A stretch of DNA of 55,239 nucleotides. Origin: a virus (Duplodnaviria; Heunggongvirae; Uroviricota; Caudoviricetes). Position numbers and translations under genes: made by a program. This document shows, one piece after another, positions 1 through 10,922 of this stretch. The notes under the pieces were generated by a model that was given only the letters and a program-made list of their open reading frames with translations, did not search any database and was not told where the DNA came from. Within the stretch, counting starts at the first letter, position 1. The number at the start of each line of letters is the position of its first letter. The DNA lies in IMG/VR virus record IMGVR_UViG_3300033076_000726, positions 1 through 55,239 of that record; one strand, 5' to 3'.

Positions 1-240
1 ACTATAACACCAACAATTACTCCTACAATTACAATTACACCAAGTGTAACTGTTACTGTTACGCCTACACCTACAGACGTAGCGTTTACATCGACTTCAA
101 CCGTAACACCAACAACAACTATTACTAGCACTCCAACTATTACACCTACTAATACTATTACCCCAACAAATACTATTACCCCAACTGTAAGTATCACACC
201 AACTATAACCCCTACGGTAACAGTAACGCCAACAACGACT
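1..240 (+). repeat. Thr/Pro-rich coding repeat (TPTIT/TPTNT), mucin-like
   Basis: Direct translation of frame 1; Thr at roughly every second residue. Confidence 0.9.
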
Positions 241-1848
241 AATAGTAATGGTTTATTGGTTAATTTAGATAGTGGTAATTTATTATCATATCCAACTTCA
301 GGAAGTACTTGGTCGGATTTAATTGGTGTAAACAATAGTGCAACACTAACTAATACACCAACTTATTCATCAAATTATAATGGTATATTAAATTTTAATG
401 ATTCATCGTTAGAATATGGTGTGATAAATAATATAGGTAATTTATCTAATTGGACTGTTGAAGTATGGTTTAGGTTAACCACTTCATTAACAGGTAAAGT
501 CACCTCAATAGTATCTAACGTATATAATGGTTCCGTTTTAAATTTTAGTATTGGTACAAATAATCAACCATTTAATGCAAATTTAGCTGTTGGATTTTTT
601 GATGGTGCGTGGAGAACAAATACGGGATTTGTACCTGCAACAAATGTGTGGTATCAAGTGGTCGGTACATATGATGGGTCAACAATTAGACAATATGTTA
701 ATGGTAGTTTATCGGGAGGAACATTAAACTATACAGGAACACCAACTTCAGGAGGTGATATTCGTTTAATGAGAAGATGGGATGAAACTTTAACTGCAAG
801 TAATTTTACTAATGGTGATTTGGCAATTGTTAAAATATATAATAGAGCCATTTCCGGAACCGAAGTTTTACAAAATTACAATGATAACTATACAAGATTT
901 ATTGACCCAACACCTACACCTTCTGTAACAGTAACATCTACAGCAACAGTTACCCCAACTATTACACCAACAAACACAATTACACCTACTAATAGTGTAA
1001 CACCAACAAACACAATTACACCTAGTATAACACCAACTAATAGTGTGACGCCAACTATTACACCAACCGCGTCAATTACACCCACCATAACAGTTACACC
1101 AACAATAACTGTAACACCCACAATTACACCTACAGTAACTAAATCTCCTTCAGTTGGTGGATATTCTAATACTGCGGAAATTTACTTTGACCCAGGTAAT
1201 TCATCATCATATCCCGGTAGTGGAACTGCATTAACTAATATAGGGACTATAGGAAATGTGTCAGGAACAAATGGAACATTAAATGGTGTTGTATATGATG
1301 GTGCAACTGCAAGTGGTGTGTTTAATTTTGATGGTGGTACTGATTATATTTCATTTCTAACACATAATCTTGGAAGTACAATTACAACAACCGCTTGGGT
1401 TTACCCAAGAACGGAATATAGTATTAACTGTTTAATGTCAAATGCTTCTGCAAATACGAACACCAATGGTTTTAAAATGTGTTGGAATGGATGGAACACC
1501 ACAAATCTTAATATGAATTTTGAGGCGGGTAATGGTAGTTCGGGTGGAACTGCAACAACTGCAAATAGTACGATGGTTATGAGTCAATGGCAACATATTG
1601 CGTATGTTTTTGATAAAACAAATCAAACCATTAAATTTTATAGAAATGGAACTGAAATTGCAACAAGCAATGGAGTAACACCGGTTGCAAATATTGGAAC
1701 AAACCAAAGTTGGTGGATTGGTGGAATTGGTGGTGGATTTTATAATATGAATGCAAATATGGGTCAATTTAGAATTTATAAATCACTAAGAAGTGGTGCC
1801 GATATTTTAGCGGAATATAACGGAACAAAAAGTAGATACGGATTATAA
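1..1848 (+). CDS. 5'-truncated virion/fibre protein: Thr/Pro-rich (TPTIT) tracts alternating with two LamG/concanavalin A-like domains
   Basis: Frame 1 is open from base 1 (TITPTITPTITITPSVT...), so the track start at 256 (TTG) is not the true start. LamG signatures: LNFNDSSLEY...WTVEVWF...WYQVVGTYDG...RQYVNG...VKIYNRAIS and FNFDGG...WQHIAYVFD...KFYRNG. Confidence 0.75.
   Translation, partial: TITPTITPTITITPSVTVTVTPTPTDVAFTSTSTVTPTTTITSTPTITPTNTITPTNTITPTVSITPTITPTVTVTPTTTNSNGLLVNLDSGNLLSYPTSGSTWSDLIGVNNSATLTNTPTYSSNYNGILNFNDSSLEYGVINNIGNLSNWTVEVWFRLTTSLTGKVTSIVSNVYNGSVLNFSIGTNNQPFNANLAVGFFDGAWRTNTGFVPATNVWYQVVGTYDGSTIRQYVNGSLSGGTLNYTGTPTSGGDIRLMRRWDETLTASNFTNGDLAIVKIYNRAISGTEVLQNYNDNYTRFIDPTPTPSVTVTSTATVTPTITPTNTITPTNSVTPTNTITPSITPTNSVTPTITPTASITPTITVTPTITVTPTITPTVTKSPSVGGYSNTAEIYFDPGNSSSYPGSGTALTNIGTIGNVSGTNGTLNGVVYDGATASGVFNFDGGTDYISFLTHNLGSTITTTAWVYPRTEYSINCLMSNASANTNTNGFKMCWNGWNTTNLNMNFEAGNGSSGGTATTANSTMVMSQWQHIAYVFDKTNQTIKFYRNGTEIATSNGVTPVANIGTNQSWWIGGIGGGFYNMNANMGQFRIYKSLRSGADILAEYNGTKSRYGL
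907..1146 (+). repeat. Second Thr/Pro-rich coding repeat tract
   Basis: PTPTPSVTVTSTATVTPTITPTNTITPTNSVTPT... between the two LamG domains. Confidence 0.9.
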
Positions 1849-1887
1849 TTTTTCTGATATTCTATTTATCTAATCCGAATTTTTATG

Positions 1888-1895
1888 TATTTATA
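1888..1895 (+). promoter_or_regulatory. TATTTATA motif, candidate phage late promoter element
   Basis: The same TATTTAT core recurs in the gaps before 6469, 11760, 36029, 50060 and 54387. Confidence 0.5.
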
Positions 1896-1961
1896 GAAAG
1901 ACCTACATAGGTCGAATTAACCGTGGTATATACCACATTTTAGATTGAGGAAACCATATAT

Positions 1962-4900
1962 ATGGCACAAATAGTAAAACTGCGTAGGAGTAGTGTATCA
2001 GGTCAAAAACCCACTAACTCAAATTTACAATTAGGAGAATTAGCATTAAACACCACCGATGGTAAAGTATTTTTTGCCAAATCAGGTTCAAATGGTCCTA
2101 CAGTAGAAGAACTAATCTCAACAAACACGGTTAATACAGGTTCAGTTTCAATAAGTGGTAGTATGGACCTTATAGGTAATCAAATCATTACTGGTAGTAT
2201 AATTACCACAGGTTCAAATAAGTTAATAGGTAATACTCAATTAACTGGTTCATTAACAGTTTCAGGTTCCACAATACAAATTGGTAATAATACTTTATTT
2301 GGAACAACATTATTATCAGGTTCAATCACAATATCAGGGTCAAAAAGTGTCGGAATTCCAACCGTAAAAATATATGGTGACGTTGAACAGGATGGATACA
2401 CTAGATATCTCCCTGTAAACACAAATTTAAACACAACTATATCGGGTTCATATATTTTTGTTAGTGGTTCCACCGACGATTTATATTTTGCACAAAATGG
2501 TAAAGGTTATAATAACGTTACTCGTTTACGTTGGTTAGAAGGTAATTTATATACGGGTTTATTAAATGGTGGTAATATAACCGCAACAGTCGGTGGTACA
2601 ACTTTTAATGTGTCAGCTGGTAGTGGTATAGTTGTTAATCTTAATGCAAGTTTAACAGATAACCCATACCCAACTGTAAAATACGTTAATTGGGAATCAT
2701 TCACGGGACAAACATTAACTTATAGAACAACCAATATTCAAACATTTATTGGTATTGACGATAGTGGTCAAATAGTACAACAAACAGGCGCATTTAATGA
2801 TGGTCAATATAATAACATTATCACATTAGGTACGGTTATTCACCAAAATTTATCTACGGTAAACGCTTCTATAAATTACCCCAATGTTGCTTATGGTTAT
2901 AAACAAAGAACCTATGATTTTATAAAGGCATTTGGACCTTTAAAATTAAGTGGTTTAAATATTGTTCCAGTTGATACGTTAGGTTTGAATGTGGGTTCAG
3001 GTACCGCTTGGGCGGATGGTAGAAATTACCAAGTTGACCCTAGCAATCCAAGTTATATTACGGATTCTGGAACAGCGGTATCAAAAATATTTAGATATTA
3101 CCAAGTTTCGGGAACTACATTTGTGCAAGACACTAATAATGCATCAGGTTACACAACATTAGATGTTACACATTATAATGATAACGGTACATTAACAGCC
3201 GTTCCTGGTAATAATGTTAACAACTATGAATGGACAATCCAAAGAATATTTTGGTATCCAAATTCGGCAACAAAAGGTATAGTTGCATATTACGGTAATA
3301 GAACGTACACCTCATCAACTGAGGCAGCAGCTAACGTTCAATTTGAACCATTTGTTGAAGTTGAAAATACAAAACAAAATGCGGTTTATTTAGGTGCGAT
3401 TGCGGTTAGAAAAGATGCCGATTTTACCAACCCAAGTACATTCTTAGTTTTACCTGGTGGTGTGTTCCGTAATGTTGGTGGTTCAGGTGGTGGAGGTATA
3501 GTACCAACAAACCGTTTAGCGGATTTGGTGGATGTTTATGTTGCAAATGCGGTAAATGGAGATTTAATTTCATATAATGGAAATTCATTAAAATGGGAGC
3601 ATGGTAAATCGTTAACAGGTGAATATACAATTACCGGTTCGCTGAATGTAACCCAAGGATTGACAGGTTCAATTGATTATAGTAATTTAACCAATGTACC
3701 AACATTGGTTTCAGGTAGTGAACAAATTGTTGCGGATTTTACATTTACAACCGATACGATAACAAATACAGATGTAAACATTGTTGCAACAAGTGGTGAC
3801 ATTATTCTTAATGCCGATGGTAATGTTTACAAAGGTTCTGCAAGTGCGGGTAATGGTTTAGTTACTGACGGTTATTTAGACCTAATCATTGGTGACACCA
3901 CCATGATTAACACAGGAACGGGTCATAGTATCGCAGATAATCTTGGATACATCACCAGTTCATTTAACACTTTCACATCGTCATATAACACAGGTTCATT
4001 CACGGGTTCATTTATTGGTGATGGTTCAGGTTTATATAATGTACCTGCAAGTGGTATTACAGGATTAAATCTTTCCCAAATTGCAGATGGTTCCGCAACA
4101 GCATCTATTTCAAATACTGACGGTTTTAGAGTTAATACAAATTCTGAAATAACAGGTTCAATGTTTATTTCTGGACCATTAAATATTGGTGATATTCCAG
4201 TATATGGTGACCCACTAAATCCTGAAGTTGTTCATATACATAATTCAGGTAGTTATAATGGAATTGTTGCTTTAGGTAATAGTGATACATTCTATCAAAC
4301 ATACATTGCAAATACCAATAGCGGAAATGGTGCAAGTACCGATTTAATTATTGGTGCGGATAATGTTACAGATAATTCATATTATGTTGATTTAGGTATA
4401 AATTCAAGCACATATAACGCAGGATATGTTGGGCATGAAAATGATTCATACCTTTATGCCGCATCCGACGATTTATATATAGGTACAATTGGATTACTTG
4501 GTAATAGTTCTAATATATACCTTTTTACGAGTAATTCTTGGCAAAATCCACAAATTACTGTTAGTGGTTCAGGTCAAATTGGATTTAATTCACCAACAAT
4601 TAGTGATGGTTATCAATACGAATTTAGTGGTAGCATAAAAACGTTACACGAATTATCCGTTGGTGGAAGTGTAAGTGCGTCATATTTCACAGGTGCACAT
4701 ATTGGTGATGGTTCAGGTTTATATAACATACCTGCAAGTGGTGTAACCGGATTAGAATTAAATAAAATTGTTGATGGTTCTGTTAGTGCATCTATTTCTA
4801 ATGGTGCATTAAGAGTTAATAGTGATGTCTTTATTGGTGGCGTATTAACCGCAAGAGAATTACATACGGAATTAGTAACATCATCGGTTTTATACGAATC

Positions 4901-6395
4901 GGGTTCAACTAAATTTGGTAATTCATTAGATGATACACATACATTTAGCGGTTCAATTTTAGTTCATACTTTATTAGAAACAAATAGAATTTCACCTGTA
5001 AGTGGTGTTGATGTGACAATTGAATCATCAAATTTGAAAGTACCAAATGGAGGAATCTACACCGATTTCAATATTGAATCTAAGGGTACCATTAGTGCAA
5101 CATCTATAAGTGGTAACACAATAACAGGTTCTTTAATAAGTGGTTCATTTATTGGTGATGCAACTAATTTAATAAATGTTCCATTCCATATTAGTGGTTC
5201 AAACATTAGTGGTACAACTGTAGATAAAACATTTACAAAATTACAATTTGATGATAGTACGGGATTAAATGTTGACGAAACCGACCCAGGTACTGCGTTT
5301 ATATCAATTGGTTCACACTTTAAAGATATATTTGTTTCAGGTTCACCTGTATTAAGTGCAACTGGTTCAGATGCATTTGAAATTATTGGTTTAGGTGGAA
5401 TACACATTTCATCATCAACTGTTGATACGAATGGTAATGGATATGTTAAAGAATTAACATTTGATTTAACAGAAATTTCTTCATCATTAGACTATAGAAT
5501 CAATTCAATAAGTGTTGGTGGTGGTTCAGGTCTTAGTGATGGTGGATATGCAACATTAAACCAAACAAGTGCGGCAGCTACGTGGAGTTTTAATCACAAT
5601 TTAGGACAAAGATATCCAATTGTACAAGTGTATGATTCAAATGGTAAAGTAATGATACCATCTGAAGTAATAATGGTTGATAGTTCAACAACAACAATTA
5701 CATTCCCATCTGCACAAACAGGAAAGGCAGTTGCTTCATTAGGCACAGGTCCTGGTGGAATGACACAATTCTTTACATCTGCAACAACATGGTCATTACA
5801 ACATGATATGGGTGCGGATTACCCAATTGTAACAATTTATGATGTTAACAAAAACATCATAATGCCAGATAGAGTAACGTCTATTGATTCAAACAATATT
5901 GAAGTTGGATTTACAACCCCTGTTGCCGGTCATTTGAATGTTGCTAAGGGTGGACATATTATTAGTGGGTCAATTAACTTCTCAAATATTAGTACTGCGG
6001 GTAGTGGAATTGTTAGTAGTAGTATTCAAGTATATAACTATGGTTATGCAACAACAGGTTCTAACGCATTTAATGGTTCACAACTTATTAAAAACGCAAA
6101 GATTGATGCGAGATGTGTAACAGTATCAACAGGTACTTCACAAATATTCACAATGACAGGTTATGACGGAGCAAACATTGATTATGTTGTTAAGAGTGGT
6201 GGAAATATGAGAGCGGGGGTTATATCGGCGGTTTGGGATAACTACAATAGTAGTTTTACTGAAACATCCACGGCAGATTTAGGGAATACATCAAATGTTA
6301 CATTTACCGTTTCAAATGCGGGTGTTTTAAATGCGGTTGTAACATCAGGAACGTGGACAATTGAAGCAATGTATAGAGCCTTAGGGTGTTCTTAA
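1962..6395 (+). CDS. Large tail fibre/virion protein, 1477 aa
   Basis: N-terminus MAQIVKLRRSSVSGQKPT..LQLGELALNTTDGKVF resembles the phage major-tropism-determinant/hyaluronidase-type N-terminal anchor. It has two GDGSGLYN(V/I)PASG modules and two C-terminal W-x-x-x-H-(N/D)-(L/M)-G..YP.V..YD modules. Confidence 0.75.
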   Translation: MAQIVKLRRSSVSGQKPTNSNLQLGELALNTTDGKVFFAKSGSNGPTVEELISTNTVNTGSVSISGSMDLIGNQIITGSIITTGSNKLIGNTQLTGSLTVSGSTIQIGNNTLFGTTLLSGSITISGSKSVGIPTVKIYGDVEQDGYTRYLPVNTNLNTTISGSYIFVSGSTDDLYFAQNGKGYNNVTRLRWLEGNLYTGLLNGGNITATVGGTTFNVSAGSGIVVNLNASLTDNPYPTVKYVNWESFTGQTLTYRTTNIQTFIGIDDSGQIVQQTGAFNDGQYNNIITLGTVIHQNLSTVNASINYPNVAYGYKQRTYDFIKAFGPLKLSGLNIVPVDTLGLNVGSGTAWADGRNYQVDPSNPSYITDSGTAVSKIFRYYQVSGTTFVQDTNNASGYTTLDVTHYNDNGTLTAVPGNNVNNYEWTIQRIFWYPNSATKGIVAYYGNRTYTSSTEAAANVQFEPFVEVENTKQNAVYLGAIAVRKDADFTNPSTFLVLPGGVFRNVGGSGGGGIVPTNRLADLVDVYVANAVNGDLISYNGNSLKWEHGKSLTGEYTITGSLNVTQGLTGSIDYSNLTNVPTLVSGSEQIVADFTFTTDTITNTDVNIVATSGDIILNADGNVYKGSASAGNGLVTDGYLDLIIGDTTMINTGTGHSIADNLGYITSSFNTFTSSYNTGSFTGSFIGDGSGLYNVPASGITGLNLSQIADGSATASISNTDGFRVNTNSEITGSMFISGPLNIGDIPVYGDPLNPEVVHIHNSGSYNGIVALGNSDTFYQTYIANTNSGNGASTDLIIGADNVTDNSYYVDLGINSSTYNAGYVGHENDSYLYAASDDLYIGTIGLLGNSSNIYLFTSNSWQNPQITVSGSGQIGFNSPTISDGYQYEFSGSIKTLHELSVGGSVSASYFTGAHIGDGSGLYNIPASGVTGLELNKIVDGSVSASISNGALRVNSDVFIGGVLTARELHTELVTSSVLYESGSTKFGNSLDDTHTFSGSILVHTLLETNRISPVSGVDVTIESSNLKVPNGGIYTDFNIESKGTISATSISGNTITGSLISGSFIGDATNLINVPFHISGSNISGTTVDKTFTKLQFDDSTGLNVDETDPGTAFISIGSHFKDIFVSGSPVLSATGSDAFEIIGLGGIHISSSTVDTNGNGYVKELTFDLTEISSSLDYRINSISVGGGSGLSDGGYATLNQTSAAATWSFNHNLGQRYPIVQVYDSNGKVMIPSEVIMVDSSTTTITFPSAQTGKAVASLGTGPGGMTQFFTSATTWSLQHDMGADYPIVTIYDVNKNIIMPDRVTSIDSNNIEVGFTTPVAGHLNVAKGGHIISGSINFSNISTAGSGIVSSSIQVYNYGYATTGSNAFNGSQLIKNAKIDARCVTVSTGTSQIFTMTGYDGANIDYVVKSGGNMRAGVISAVWDNYNSSFTETSTADLGNTSNVTFTVSNAGVLNAVVTSGTWTIEAMYRALGCS

Positions 6396-6425
6396 AATTA
6401 AATTCAATTTAATTCATCAATTCGG

Positions 6426-6433
6426 TATTTATT
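6426..6433 (+). promoter_or_regulatory. TATTTATT motif, candidate late promoter element
   Basis: gTATTTATt in the intergenic gap before 6469. Confidence 0.4.
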
Positions 6434-6468
6434 AGTAACACATTAGTGGATAGTGAAACTAATTAAAT

Positions 6469-9400
6469 ATGGCAAACGAATTTATAATTAAGAACGGACT
6501 TAAAGTGTCCGGCTCTGCGGAAATCGAACAAGATTTACGTGTAAGAGGAACCCTAACGGTTGACGAATTTCATGCGTCAATTACTACTGCATCAATACTA
6601 TATGAATCAGGTTCATCAATCTTTGGTAACTCCTCAGATGATACCCATCAATTCACAGGTAGTGTAAACATTACGGGTTCAATTACATTGAATGGTAGTG
6701 CAATTGGTACTGGTAAATTAGATGAAACAACATTTAATTCATATACCCAATCTCAAGTAATATTAGACGGTAATCAAAATTCGTCAATTACTAATTTAAC
6801 TACAAATTTTAATTCGTTTACGTCATCATTTAATTCAATTTCGAGTACCTTTGCAACAACTGGTTCTAATACGTTTAAAGGAGACCAATATATTAGTGGG
6901 TCACTTATTCCTACTCACAATAATGTTTTTGATTTAGGAACACCAACGTATCAATTTAGAGATTTATATTTATCATCAGCATCACTATATATTGATGGTA
7001 CAAAAGTTCTTGGTAGTACAACACAAGAATTACAAATTACAACAGATAATGGTCAATCTTTTAAAATTTTAGAAGATGGTACTGATACCATTACTTTACA
7101 ATCCGCTGACGGCGACATTCAATTAAAATCATCAGGTGGGGGTAATCTATTGTTAGACCCAACAACCGGTTTAATTGATGTAAGAGGAACATTACAATTA
7201 CAAGATGGTAATAAAATTAGAAGTTCAGGTGGAACTAAAGTTATTGTTGGCGATGATTTAGATGTTACTGGTTCAGTTAGATTAACTGGCGATTTAATAA
7301 TCAACGGAACATCATATTCTGCCGCAACATCAGGTACTTCAGGTACTAGTGGTACTTCAGGTTCGTCCGGAACAAGTGGAACTTCGGGTAGTTCAGGGTC
7401 TTCAGGGACTAGTGGAATATCCGGTTCTTCAGGAACCAGTGGAACGTCTGGTAGTGACGGTTCATCTGGAACTAGTGGTACTTCAGGTTCTAGTGGTTCA
7501 TCTGGAACTTCTGGTACGTCAGGAACTAGTGGTACGTCAGGAACATCTGGTAATTCAGGAAGTAGTGGAACGTCAGGTAGTTCAGGTTCATCAGGAACTA
7601 GCGGCACATCGGGTTCATCAGGAACTAGTGGTACATCAGGTACGTCCGGTTCAAGTGGATCTTCGGGAACAAGTGGTTCATCAGGTTCTTCAGGTACTAG
7701 CGGTACATCCGGTTCAAGTGGTTCATCAGGAACCTCAGGTTCTTCTGGTACTGCAGGTACGTCAGGAACAAGCGGAACATCCGGTTCCTCTGGAAGTAGT
7801 GGTACCGTAACAATGACAGGTGTACAAAATAATGGTCTTTTAACTTTAAATGGTTCTTCTCCTAATGTGACAGTTGAAGATAACTTAACATACGATGGTA
7901 CAACATTTAAAGTTAATTCAAATACAGAAATAACGGGTTCGTTAATAATAACAGACAATTTAATGGTTCTTGGTACATCTTCAATTGTTTATTCGACGGC
8001 GTCTTATTTGAATGTACAGAACAATTTTATATCCGTTAATGCGTCATCTCCCGCCGTTAGATATGGTGGATTAAACGTTTTTGACTCTGGGTCGAACACG
8101 ACTGCATCATTTTATTTTGATAGTTTAACAAACGATTGGGCATATGAATATAGTTCATCCACGGTGGATTATGCGGTGGCTTTATTTGGTCCTGAATTTA
8201 ACACAAAAGGAACCCCAACATATCTAACTGAAAATAAAATAACTAAAGCACACGGTCACCATCATTTACTTGATAGTAATATCACCGATACTGGTACATT
8301 AGTAACTATTGATTCTGATACCAATATTACAGGTACGTTAAGAATAACTTCAGATATTGTAATTAACGGTACGTCTTATTCTGCAGCAACATCGGGAACT
8401 AGTGGTACATCAGGAACTAGTGGTAGTTCAGGTACGAGTGGAAGTTCAGGTTCTTCAGGTACTAGCGGTAGTTCAGGTACTGGTGGTACTTCAGGAACTT
8501 CGGGGTCTAGTGGTTCTTCAGGAACAAGTGGTACTTCGGGTTCTAGTGGTTCATCTGGTACTTCAGGTTCTAGTGGTTCATCTGGAACTTCCGGTTCTTC
8601 TGGAAGTAGTGGTACTTCAGGAAGTAGTGGTAATTCAGGTTCTTCAGGTACTAGTGGTTCTTCAGGAAATTCGGGTTCTAGTGGAACATCTGGTTCTAGC
8701 GGTTCTTCAGGTACGTCACCTTCAGCGGCTGCGTATGTAGCGAAAGCTGGTGATACAATGACAGGAACTTTATTATTTACATCGGTGTATGGTAATGCTG
8801 GCGGTGATTATACAGGTATAACCACACCACCTTACAAAGTATCGGTTAGTAGTGGTTATTGGAGAATTCCACATATTAGTGCAGATTCAACCAATTCAGG
8901 GGTTTATAATTATGAAAGTGGTAAAAAAGTGTTTTGGGGAGAGCCAACCGATACAGGAGATTATCAATTTAGAGGTAGAACTTTAAAATGGGTTAATAGT
9001 TCTGGAACGGAATATCCTGTCATACATTCAGGTAATATTGGTTCATATGCTGTCACATCGGAAACGGATACATTACAAACCGTAACTAGTAGAGGAAATT
9101 CAACTTCCGCATCGTTAACGATGAGTTCAACAACACCATTTGAATTTACAGGAACCTCAAATACAGGTACATACAATAGAACCTCAATATATGTAAATCA
9201 AAATAATACTTCGGCAGATACTGCGAATGGTATTTTCATTGAAAGAGGTAGACTAACCGATAGTGGTTCTGCCGAGGTTAGACACTTTGTAATTGGTGCT
9301 AGAGGAGGTTCAATACAATGGAAAGTTGATGGTTCGGGTAATACAACCCAAGCCGGTACATTACAAGCATATGCAACAACCGTTAACGGACAATTTTTAG

Positions 9401-9840
9401 TTGACCATAATGACACATATCATATGGGTATGAAACATACATATGATTCAACATTTGTAACAACAACTAAATTCGGTAGACCAAGTACAAGTAGTCATTT
9501 AGCTATTACCTATGATATTGCTGGTAGTGAAATAGCCTACATAAATAGAGCATATTCAACTGCGAGATTATTATTTCAAAGAGGAGGTTCGACTGACGTT
9601 GAAATAACGGGAGCGGGTAATTTAATACCCGGAACAAACGGTTCCCAAGATTTAGGTGGTGCATCAAATCGTTGGAGTACAGTTTATACTTCTGACTTAT
9701 CAATGTCAAATGGTATTGGTGATTACACAATAGTTGAAGGAGAAGAAGATTTATTCTTATATAATAATAAAACAAATAAGGTGTTTAAATTCATGTTACA
9801 GGAAGTTGACCCATTAACAGCTCCACCAAAAAAACTTTAA
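6469..9840 (+). CDS. Fibre protein with two (Gly-Ser/Thr-Ser)n tracts and a conserved C-terminal phage fibre domain
   Basis: SGTSGSSG tracts at about 7330-7803 and 8392-8718. C-terminus RWSTVYTSDLSMSNGIGDYTIVEGEEDLFLYNNKTNKVFKF is homologous to the end of 11760..15974. Confidence 0.75.
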   Translation: MANEFIIKNGLKVSGSAEIEQDLRVRGTLTVDEFHASITTASILYESGSSIFGNSSDDTHQFTGSVNITGSITLNGSAIGTGKLDETTFNSYTQSQVILDGNQNSSITNLTTNFNSFTSSFNSISSTFATTGSNTFKGDQYISGSLIPTHNNVFDLGTPTYQFRDLYLSSASLYIDGTKVLGSTTQELQITTDNGQSFKILEDGTDTITLQSADGDIQLKSSGGGNLLLDPTTGLIDVRGTLQLQDGNKIRSSGGTKVIVGDDLDVTGSVRLTGDLIINGTSYSAATSGTSGTSGTSGSSGTSGTSGSSGSSGTSGISGSSGTSGTSGSDGSSGTSGTSGSSGSSGTSGTSGTSGTSGTSGNSGSSGTSGSSGSSGTSGTSGSSGTSGTSGTSGSSGSSGTSGSSGSSGTSGTSGSSGSSGTSGSSGTAGTSGTSGTSGSSGSSGTVTMTGVQNNGLLTLNGSSPNVTVEDNLTYDGTTFKVNSNTEITGSLIITDNLMVLGTSSIVYSTASYLNVQNNFISVNASSPAVRYGGLNVFDSGSNTTASFYFDSLTNDWAYEYSSSTVDYAVALFGPEFNTKGTPTYLTENKITKAHGHHHLLDSNITDTGTLVTIDSDTNITGTLRITSDIVINGTSYSAATSGTSGTSGTSGSSGTSGSSGSSGTSGSSGTGGTSGTSGSSGSSGTSGTSGSSGSSGTSGSSGSSGTSGSSGSSGTSGSSGNSGSSGTSGSSGNSGSSGTSGSSGSSGTSPSAAAYVAKAGDTMTGTLLFTSVYGNAGGDYTGITTPPYKVSVSSGYWRIPHISADSTNSGVYNYESGKKVFWGEPTDTGDYQFRGRTLKWVNSSGTEYPVIHSGNIGSYAVTSETDTLQTVTSRGNSTSASLTMSSTTPFEFTGTSNTGTYNRTSIYVNQNNTSADTANGIFIERGRLTDSGSAEVRHFVIGARGGSIQWKVDGSGNTTQAGTLQAYATTVNGQFLVDHNDTYHMGMKHTYDSTFVTTTKFGRPSTSSHLAITYDIAGSEIAYINRAYSTARLLFQRGGSTDVEITGAGNLIPGTNGSQDLGGASNRWSTVYTSDLSMSNGIGDYTIVEGEEDLFLYNNKTNKVFKFMLQEVDPLTAPPKKL
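7330..7803 (+). repeat. (SGT/SGS)n coding tract, about 158 aa
   Basis: Gly every third residue; synonymous codons scrambled. Confidence 0.95.
8392..8718 (+). repeat. (SGT/SGS)n coding tract, about 109 aa
   Basis: Direct translation. Confidence 0.95.
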
Positions 9841-9843
9841 TAT

Positions 9844-10152
9844 ATGTTAGAAGAATTTGATTTTCCGGAAATAAATCCGGATAGAATTATTAAATCAAAT
9901 ACAATTGATAATCCGATGTCATTTGTTATATTTGATGTTAGTGAAATGAATAAAATTGACTTTAATGAAATATTTGATAACAATCAAGATGAGTTAAGAT
10001 ATTCACTTAATGGAGAAAAAACATTTATAAAATTTAGAGGAAGTCTCCCAAATTGTTTAAATAATGTGACGTCTAAATCGGAAATATTAACAGTAGATGA
10101 AATAAATGAAATAATGCATAATTCCGAATGGAATGAACAATTTATAAACTAA
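9844..10152 (+). CDS. Small hypothetical phage protein of the fibre gene cluster
   Basis: 102 aa ORF tightly packed between fibre genes; FVIFDVSE..KIDFNEI...LRYSLNGEKTFIKF pattern resembles small proteins seen beside phage fibre genes. Confidence 0.6.
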   Translation: MLEEFDFPEINPDRIIKSNTIDNPMSFVIFDVSEMNKIDFNEIFDNNQDELRYSLNGEKTFIKFRGSLPNCLNNVTSKSEILTVDEINEIMHNSEWNEQFIN

Positions 10153-10158
10153 TTAAGG

Positions 10159-10917
10159 ATGCCAGTAGATATAAACGGAAATCAAATAATTTCATTAAGT
10201 GCAAAACTAAACAATTCGACTAAATTTGTTACAAGTGGATTGGTTTGGTATTATGATGCGGGTATCGCGGATTCATATCCTGGTAGTAGCACAACAATAA
10301 CAGATTTTACAGGAAACGGTAATAATGCAACATTAAGTGATTATTCTTTCGTTACAACATATGGAGGTGCATTTAGCAATTCAAGTACCGGAACAGGTTC
10401 ACCGGGTATTCAAGTACCCCTAACCAATTTTTCTAAATCAGTCGGTACATGTGAGTTTTGGATGAGGCCTACGTCATGGGATGCCGCTACTGGTATTTTT
10501 ATAAATCGTTCGGATGATACCGCAAATGCGAGTGATTGGTGGTGGTTAGGACCATACGGCGCTGGTAGTACTTTATATTTTAGATTAGGAAACACCTCAG
10601 GTTGTTGTGGTAATGATAATTCAATAGGTAGTTGGTCGTCGACTCACCCTACAAACGTATGGGGTCATTATTGTGTAACGTGGAATTCAGGTGTTGAATC
10701 TAAAATTTATTTTAATGGTACATTAAGACAAACAGTTTCAATAACAGCAATACCGAGTTCAAACCCCTCATCAACAGGTAGATGGGGTTTAGGACATGCA
10801 AACACAAATTCAAGATGGATTGGACAAATGGCAACTTTTAGACATTATAATAGAGTTTTAACCGCTTCTGAAGTTTTACAGAATTATCAATCAGAAAGTA
10901 GAAGATTTGGAAAATAA
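10159..10917 (+). CDS. LamG/concanavalin A-like domain virion protein
   Basis: GLVWYYDAGIADSYPGS...DFTGNGN...WGHYCVTWN...KIYFNG...RHYNRVLTASEVLQNY. Confidence 0.8.
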   Translation: MPVDINGNQIISLSAKLNNSTKFVTSGLVWYYDAGIADSYPGSSTTITDFTGNGNNATLSDYSFVTTYGGAFSNSSTGTGSPGIQVPLTNFSKSVGTCEFWMRPTSWDAATGIFINRSDDTANASDWWWLGPYGAGSTLYFRLGNTSGCCGNDNSIGSWSSTHPTNVWGHYCVTWNSGVESKIYFNGTLRQTVSITAIPSSNPSSTGRWGLGHANTNSRWIGQMATFRHYNRVLTASEVLQNYQSESRRFGK

Positions 10918-10922
10918 AATTT

